Shown here: positions 59,385 to 64,000 of the stretch, one piece after another
Numbering within the stretch: position 1 is the stretch's first letter
Layout: each line of letters starts with the position of its first letter
From: Deltaproteobacteria bacterium
GTDB taxonomy: Bacteria > Desulfobacterota > Binatia > UBA9968
Reading direction: 5' to 3'
Assembly: GCA_016210115.1 (NCBI GenBank)
Contig: JACQUW010000326.1
Location: forward strand, 131 to 64,130
Length of the DNA: 64,000 nucleotides
Program-made: the position numbers and the translations under genes
The notes under the pieces: model-generated
Told to the model about the DNA's origin: nothing
Database searches by the model: none
Seen by the model: the letters and a program-made list of their open reading frames with translations, nothing else

Positions 59385-61138
59385 TACTCCAAAGCTCCAA
59401 CTGCTGCGTCGGCCGTTTCCACAGCCTCCTTCAGGCAGTCTGCGATCCAGTTGCGATTCCGGATGAGCCTGGTCCGCAGCAGCCTGGTCTCCAACGCTTC
59501 GGGGTCCATTCGAGACAATTCTTCGACCGGATAGAGCGAGGGAAACACGGTTCGCAACGTAGTAAGCCCATAGAGATCCTGGTCCCACTTTCCGTTGATC
59601 GCGGAGCCGGGAGCGTTAAGCGCGCGCGAGAGGCGCATGAGCGAGCGGTTGGTTGACAAGACCTTCGGCGAAAGGGGCCATCCCTCCTTTTCTCGCAAAG
59701 CTTGCACTCTTTTCTCCAGGTCTTTGGCAAGAGAATCGAACCGGCGGGCGCGATCCTGCAACTCGCCGAGACCAAATTCTTTGGGCGCCTTGTCGGCAAG
59801 CTCATCGAGACGCTTTACCATCTCCTGGCCGACGGGCGTAAAATCATACGGGAGAACCGGTTCGTTGCTGAGGCGCCCGACCAATCCGACGTAGACAGCC
59901 AGATCCTTTTGGAGAACTTTCATATCGACCGTATCGAGTGTCATCTCGATGCTGTGATGCCACGGCCCAAGGTCAGCGCCATTCCAGGCTTTCACCTGCT
60001 CCTCGGAATAGGCCATCCGCGGCGACAACGTCGGAACTCCAAGACCGACGAATGACATGTCCCCTATGCGCGTTAGTCGCACGCGGCGGCAGTGAACTCC
60101 CGGAAGGAGCTTTGCCTCGACCTCTTTATGGAAACGCAGAAGCTCAGACGAGCTTCGGGTGTTATATTCGGTCGCGCCGACGAGCCCGGGAGAGTCGACG
60201 TTGATGTAGGTCAGAGCTTTCCGGTCGAGCTCGTCCCAAAAGTGATCGCAAAACCATGTGGAACCCGTCATGGTGCCTGTCTCATGGCCCGACCATAACG
60301 TAAACCAGACGCTGCGCTTTACCTTATCTCGATGTTTGGCGAATGCCCGCGCGAGCTCCAAAACTCCGGAGTTCCCTATGGCGTTGCAGGAAACCCCACC
60401 ACCCCAGGCGTCCATGTGCCCTCCGATAAGGATGGCCTTGTCCGGCTCTTCCGAGCCCTCGAGCCGCCCGACCGTAATTTGTGTAGTGCGCCACTCCTCG
60501 GGTGAATGCGCTGACATCCGGACGCGGACGGGGCCACGCTTGCATAGATCGCGCAGATACTCTCCTGTGGCGCGCGATACCGTAAGGCAAGGTGTGGACG
60601 GCATGTTCTTGATCGTTTCCGGTGTCGGGTTTCCCCACACGGCTTTCACTGAGCCATAGGCGATGATCTCGCAATCCGACGGGCCCCAGTTCATCATCAC
60701 GTGGCCGATGGCCCCCCTGGCGGAGCCGATCCGCTCCTTTTCCTGGCGCGGTGGAGAATACGAAAGCTCGGAAAGCGTAATCTTTCCCCGCACGTCTTTT
60801 CCCTCGTAGTCCTTCTCGGTCCCCGCGCCGACGAAAACCAGATCGCCTTCGATGCCCTTTTCATCGGTGGAGCGGATATGGCAGAAGGGAAGGCAGCGAA
60901 AATCTCGCGTCTCGGGCGTGAGTAACTTTAGAGACGCTTCTCCGGGGAAGCTGACCAGCGCGTCCAGGTCATAGACGGTCGCCGGCACCCCGACCGCTTC
61001 CATCGCATCCCGAACGTAGTGCGCCATCCATTTTAGCTCGGGGCTCCCCGCCAGCCTTTGCGGAACCTTTTTCGTGATGTTTACGATATGCTCGTGGGCC
61101 CGATCGGCCGAAATCTCATCCAAAATTTCTTTGATCAT
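59384..61138 (-). CDS. M28-family metallopeptidase with PA (protease-associated) insert
   Basis: GGHMDAW, WSGHETG and a PA-like insert (DLVFVGAGTEKDYEGKDVRGKITL) are present. ATG 61138 is preceded by GGGAGGA. Confidence 0.8.
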   Translation of the reverse strand: MIKEILDEISADRAHEHIVNITKKVPQRLAGSPELKWMAHYVRDAMEAVGVPATVYDLDALVSFPGEASLKLLTPETRDFRCLPFCHIRSTDEKGIEGDLVFVGAGTEKDYEGKDVRGKITLSELSYSPPRQEKERIGSARGAIGHVMMNWGPSDCEIIAYGSVKAVWGNPTPETIKNMPSTPCLTVSRATGEYLRDLCKRGPVRVRMSAHSPEEWRTTQITVGRLEGSEEPDKAILIGGHMDAWGGGVSCNAIGNSGVLELARAFAKHRDKVKRSVWFTLWSGHETGTMTGSTWFCDHFWDELDRKALTYINVDSPGLVGATEYNTRSSSELLRFHKEVEAKLLPGVHCRRVRLTRIGDMSFVGLGVPTLSPRMAYSEEQVKAWNGADLGPWHHSIEMTLDTVDMKVLQKDLAVYVGLVGRLSNEPVLPYDFTPVGQEMVKRLDELADKAPKEFGLGELQDRARRFDSLAKDLEKRVQALREKEGWPLSPKVLSTNRSLMRLSRALNAPGSAINGKWDQDLYGLTTLRTVFPSLYPVEELSRMDPEALETRLLRTRLIRNRNWIADCLKEAVETADAAVGALE

Positions 61139-61169
61139 CAAATCCTCCCTTGTATGTATAGACTATATA

Positions 61170-61185
61170 GCGAGTCATGTGCCTC
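61170..61185 (-). promoter_or_regulatory. Weak candidate sigma-54 promoter upstream of the M28 gene
   Basis: The minus strand reads AGGCACATGACTCGCT. GG and GC have the correct spacing, but -24 is AGGCAC and -12 is TCGC rather than TTGC. It lies about 30 nt upstream of the start codon. Confidence 0.25.
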
Positions 61186-61422
61186 CCGCAGAGCCGGAGG
61201 CTTGATTGTTGAACCGCTCAAGGCGGTGCCCGGCTACGCCGGCATCGAAATCCCCCACGCGTCGTCTTCCTTCCTCTCCCTCGACGGGAGAAGGAACTCA
61301 TACTTGATGCGCTGGAGCCGTGTCGAAACGCAAAGCGTCCTACCAGCGACGTCGCAAAGCATACTCCCGTAAAGTCAAACTCTGCGAGTCCCGCAGCAGA
61401 GCTGGGGTTTGCCCGCGATTAA

Positions 61423-62454
61423 TTACTGCGCGCCAAGGACCTCCCTGAGCTTTGCGACCAGAGAGGGATTGAGCTGAAAAAAGCCCGCGGCGGTCTTTTC
61501 CAGCTCTTCTCCCGTCATCGGGTCGATGTTCAAATTAGACTTTTTCGCATCCGCCAAAAAATCCCTATCGTGCATGGTATCCGAAAAGGACCGCCGCAGG
61601 ACCTGGACCAATTCTTTTGGCGTGCCAGGCGGAAAACCATAGGCGAAAATCATGTTGCTGATGTCATGGATGCCCGATTGAATGAGCTGGCGCGCCTCAT
61701 CGGTCTTGGCAAAATCGATTGCCAGCGGAATTCCAGGCAGGTCTCGGAGAGGCTTCGGCAATAACTGCAGCACCACCACCGCGTCGCCCGATTCGATTGC
61801 TCTTCTCCAGGTCGCTTTGATCGATTCCCAGGTCCAACATCCTCCGGCTACTTCCCCTCCTTCAGCGGCGAGCCGAATCTCGGCCGTGCCTTTGTAGCCC
61901 GAGACAAGCTGGATCGGCAGCCCCAGAGCGGTCTGAAGTATTCTTATGTGATCGTAAACTACAGACCCGGGAGCGATCCCGCCTATTTTCACCGGCGTCT
62001 TCGAGGCGATCCATTTTTCCATGCTCGTGATGCCGCTCCTCCTCGTAAAAGCGCAAACAGGATTGTCCTTGACGACCACGCCCACGTATTCAAAGCGACG
62101 GGCGTCGTATTCAACCCCCGATCGTTTCAGAATCTGCGCCACGATCAGAGGGCCCACCTGGAGGTTACCCAGCGTGAGGCCGTCGGGTTTGGCGATTTTG
62201 TAAACATAGTTGGCGGAAATGAGCCCCCCGGCCCCGGTCATATTCTCGACGACGATAGTGGGATTGCCCGGAATATGCCTTCCCAAATGTCGCGCCAGAG
62301 TCCGAGAGTAAGTATCGAAGCCGCCGCCGGCCGCAAACCCGACGATGATCTTGAGAGTCTTACCTTTAAAGAACTCCTGGGCAAACACAGGGAGATCGGC
62401 CGTGAGCCCAAAAATGGCCATTGCGACGATGAGGGTGCTAATCTTGTTGCGCAT
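61423..62454 (-). CDS. Tripartite tricarboxylate transporter substrate-binding protein (Bug/TctC family)
   Basis: It has a signal peptide, and KIIVGFAAGGGFDTYSRTLARHLGRHIPGNPTIVVENMTGAGGLISANY is typical of the Bug family. The start is ATG 62454 or GTG 62463. Confidence 0.88.
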   Translation of the reverse strand: MRNKISTLIVAMAIFGLTADLPVFAQEFFKGKTLKIIVGFAAGGGFDTYSRTLARHLGRHIPGNPTIVVENMTGAGGLISANYVYKIAKPDGLTLGNLQVGPLIVAQILKRSGVEYDARRFEYVGVVVKDNPVCAFTRRSGITSMEKWIASKTPVKIGGIAPGSVVYDHIRILQTALGLPIQLVSGYKGTAEIRLAAEGGEVAGGCWTWESIKATWRRAIESGDAVVVLQLLPKPLRDLPGIPLAIDFAKTDEARQLIQSGIHDISNMIFAYGFPPGTPKELVQVLRRSFSDTMHDRDFLADAKKSNLNIDPMTGEELEKTAAGFFQLNPSLVAKLREVLGAQ

Positions 62455-62484
62455 GTTTCTCACCTTGTGAGATGACTCCTCCCT

Positions 62485-62712
62485 GCGTCATTCCGCCGAA
62501 AGCACTTCCTCCGAGCGGCCAGCAGGGCATCCGCAGCTTCGAAGTCGGAACTGGACCCCCGATAAAAACGTTCGGGGGTGACGTTCGATGCGGAAACGAC
62601 CTCGAGTGTTCTCGAAACGCGTCTCTTTGGTCGTCATTCCTCCGAAAGCCTACTTCTGTTTGTTAAAGCCAGGCCTCTCCCTTCGTCGTTCCCGCGAAAG
62701 CGGGAACCCAGG
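62485..62712. repeat. Array of REP-like palindromic elements
   Basis: The elements are GCGTCATTCCGCCGAAAGC (62485-62503), CTGGACCCCCGATAAAAACGTTCGGGGGTGACG (62551-62583, 7-bp stem), GGTCGTCATTCCTCCGAAAGCC (62629-62650) and CGTCGTTCCCGCGAAAGCGGGAACCCAGG (62684-62712). The last matches the element at 44547-44574 in the opposite orientation. Confidence 0.7.
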
Positions 62713-62778
62713 CTCTTTCTCCCGTCTTCTTACGCCAATCATTCGCAGCTCTCGTGCAATGCTCACCTCCAACTCCCT

Positions 62779-63753
62779 TCATCGTAGATCCTTGCCAAAG
62801 ACTTTTTCCAGGAACTTTTCCTTGGCGAGCCGATCGACGAAGCTGTTATCGATGAACTGTTCCGCAAGCGCCTCCGGCTTTACATCTTTGATATTCGAGG
62901 ACTCCAAAACCGTTGCAACACTGCGGGTGTCCACCTGCGGGATTCGATCCGTGTACTTTCGGGCGATCTCATAGCTCTCTTCCAAAAACGGCCGATCCGT
63001 GCGGTTGAGATACCTGGAAAGCATTTTGATCGTCCTTTCCTTTTCATGCACCAGGGCACCCGCCCCTTCGACCAGCGCCCGGAGAACGCGCAGAACCGTG
63101 TCCGGATTCTCGCGGGCGTATTTGCGCGTGGTCGTAAACCAGTTATACCCGAGCGGGATATCGAGGTCGGCCGCGTTCAGGAGGGCTCGCGCAGCGCCTT
63201 TAGGCCGCACCAGGGTCATAAAGCCGGCGACGACTTTCTGTTCAAAGGCGGCCTGTCTCTGCGGCACACCGCCCACCGCACGCAACGACACATCTTTTTC
63301 CAGGCCGAATTTCCGCAGCACAAGAACGGTTACGGCGTGGCCCGAGGAACCAAAGCTGCTGATGGCCAGAGACTTTCCCCTCAGGTCCTCGACTTTATTG
63401 ATTTCGGGCTGCACGTAAAGCGTGACGGGCGGCCGGTTCATGCCCGAGGCAACGGCAACGATGTCGGCGCCGCGGGCCGCCGCCGTGACAACGCCGGTCG
63501 CTCCGGTGCCCGCGAAATGCAGGCTTCCACCCAACAGGGCCTGAACGTTCGTCCCGCTGGAGGAGATGTAAATAAGTTGCACGTCAAGGCCATGTTTCTT
63601 AAACGCGCCAATCTCCTCCGCCATCCAGGTGCTGGCGGACGAAGGCGAGATGGCGGAGTAAGAAATGATAACGGGCGCCGCCCGCGTCGAATCGACCCAG
63701 AGGAAAACTGCTAGAACCAGAACAAGTGCCGCTTTCAAAACGAAACGATTCAT
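62779..63753 (-). CDS. Periplasmic SBP, NMT1/SsuA/TauA-like
   Basis: ATG 63753 with GGAGG upstream gives MNRFVLKAALVLVLAVFLWVDSTRA. It is a paralog of the other NMT1-like SBPs. The ORF extension to 63942 runs through a repeat hairpin. Confidence 0.8.
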   Translation of the reverse strand: MNRFVLKAALVLVLAVFLWVDSTRAAPVIISYSAISPSSASTWMAEEIGAFKKHGLDVQLIYISSSGTNVQALLGGSLHFAGTGATGVVTAAARGADIVAVASGMNRPPVTLYVQPEINKVEDLRGKSLAISSFGSSGHAVTVLVLRKFGLEKDVSLRAVGGVPQRQAAFEQKVVAGFMTLVRPKGAARALLNAADLDIPLGYNWFTTTRKYARENPDTVLRVLRALVEGAGALVHEKERTIKMLSRYLNRTDRPFLEESYEIARKYTDRIPQVDTRSVATVLESSNIKDVKPEALAEQFIDNSFVDRLAKEKFLEKVFGKDLR

Positions 63754-63784
63754 AATTCCTCCGTACCTCCGATTTAAAACGTAG

Positions 63785-63806
63785 GGGCAGGCCTGTGTGC
63801 CTGCCC
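63785..63806. repeat. GC-rich hairpin GGGCAGGC-CTGTGT-GCCTGCCC
   Basis: It has a perfect 8-bp stem. It shares the GGGGCAGGCCTGT core with the terminus of the 56544-56682 element. A related CAGGCCTGCCTGCCCTCCGA follows at 63821-63840. Confidence 0.55.
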
Positions 63807-64000
63807 TCCGTGAAGGCCACCAGGCCTGCCTGCCCTCCGAGGGGCCGCCAGGCCCGTGCGGCCTATTTCCCCCCGTAACTGCTGTAGGCCGGTCGATAAA
63901 TCCGCTTTCGTCCAGCTTCGAGATGATCCTGCCATCGACCAAAGTTTTCCAGTTTGTTGGGCCCTGTCAAATTCCGCCCCAAGATCAGGTCGCCATATAA

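Noticed and set aside
63787-63802. Minus-strand AGGCACACAGGCCTGC upstream of the last SBP gene as a sigma-54 promoter
   Set aside because: The GG-to-GC spacing is off by one nucleotide, and the sequence is part of a repeat-family hairpin.
27864-63942. Calling the catabolic array a mobile genomic island
   Set aside because: I saw no integrase, transposase, tRNA target or flanking direct repeats, so only a compositional hint at 27508-27863 remains. I report it as an array, not as a mobile element.
1-64000. tRNA, rRNA, tmRNA or riboswitch genes in intergenic regions
   Set aside because: Scanning the larger spacers by eye found no cloverleaf-compatible segments or recognisable riboswitch cores. 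This is a weak negative, because I could not run covariance-model searches.

Overview
High-GC bacterial chromosomal window, in the style of an uncultured soil or sediment lineage. I saw no rRNA, tRNA, CRISPR, transposase, integrase or phage genes. It falls into three blocks. (i) 1-15 kb is an accessory, signalling and rearranged region. It holds PF04392-type solute-binding protein (SBP) genes, one of them an internally deleted pseudogene. It also holds a compact cyclic-nucleotide module: a receiver-cyclase, a class II PDE-like MBL hydrolase, an SBP, and a fusion of a cNMP-binding domain, a MalT-like TPR domain and an ion-transporter-type permease. The block continues with a GAF/sigma-54 activator divergent from a good sigma-54 promoter in front of a small USP-like gene, a decayed CHAT/TPR gene, and phnD-phnC without phnE. 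(ii) 16-27.5 kb is housekeeping: TPR protein, thioesterase, ilvE, HU, Ppx/GppA, topA, dprA, ogt, der, era and a methyltransferase. (iii) 27.9-64 kb is a unidirectional 28-gene catabolic array. It contains three xanthine-dehydrogenase/CODH-family Mo-hydroxylases, three UbiD decarboxylases, an amidohydrolase_2 and a PhtD-like decarboxylase candidate. It also contains a fused hydantoinase/oxoprolinase A+B, a bicupin, isochorismatase, class II aldolase, RidA, M20 and M28 peptidases, a GntR regulator and eight SBP-fold genes. No ABC, TRAP or TTT membrane component is present in the window. All 39 CDS from 16194 to the window end are on the minus strand. Intergenic spacers carry several repeat families: short stuttering tandem words, REP-like palindromes, and a 139-nt element with 20-bp perfect inverted termini. 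The strongest novelty candidates are the cNMP-linked SBP plus permease module and the decarboxylase/Mo-hydroxylase array, which has an atypical two-subunit enzyme lacking the catalytic Glu. All functional calls come from reading the translated ORFs by eye; no database search was run.
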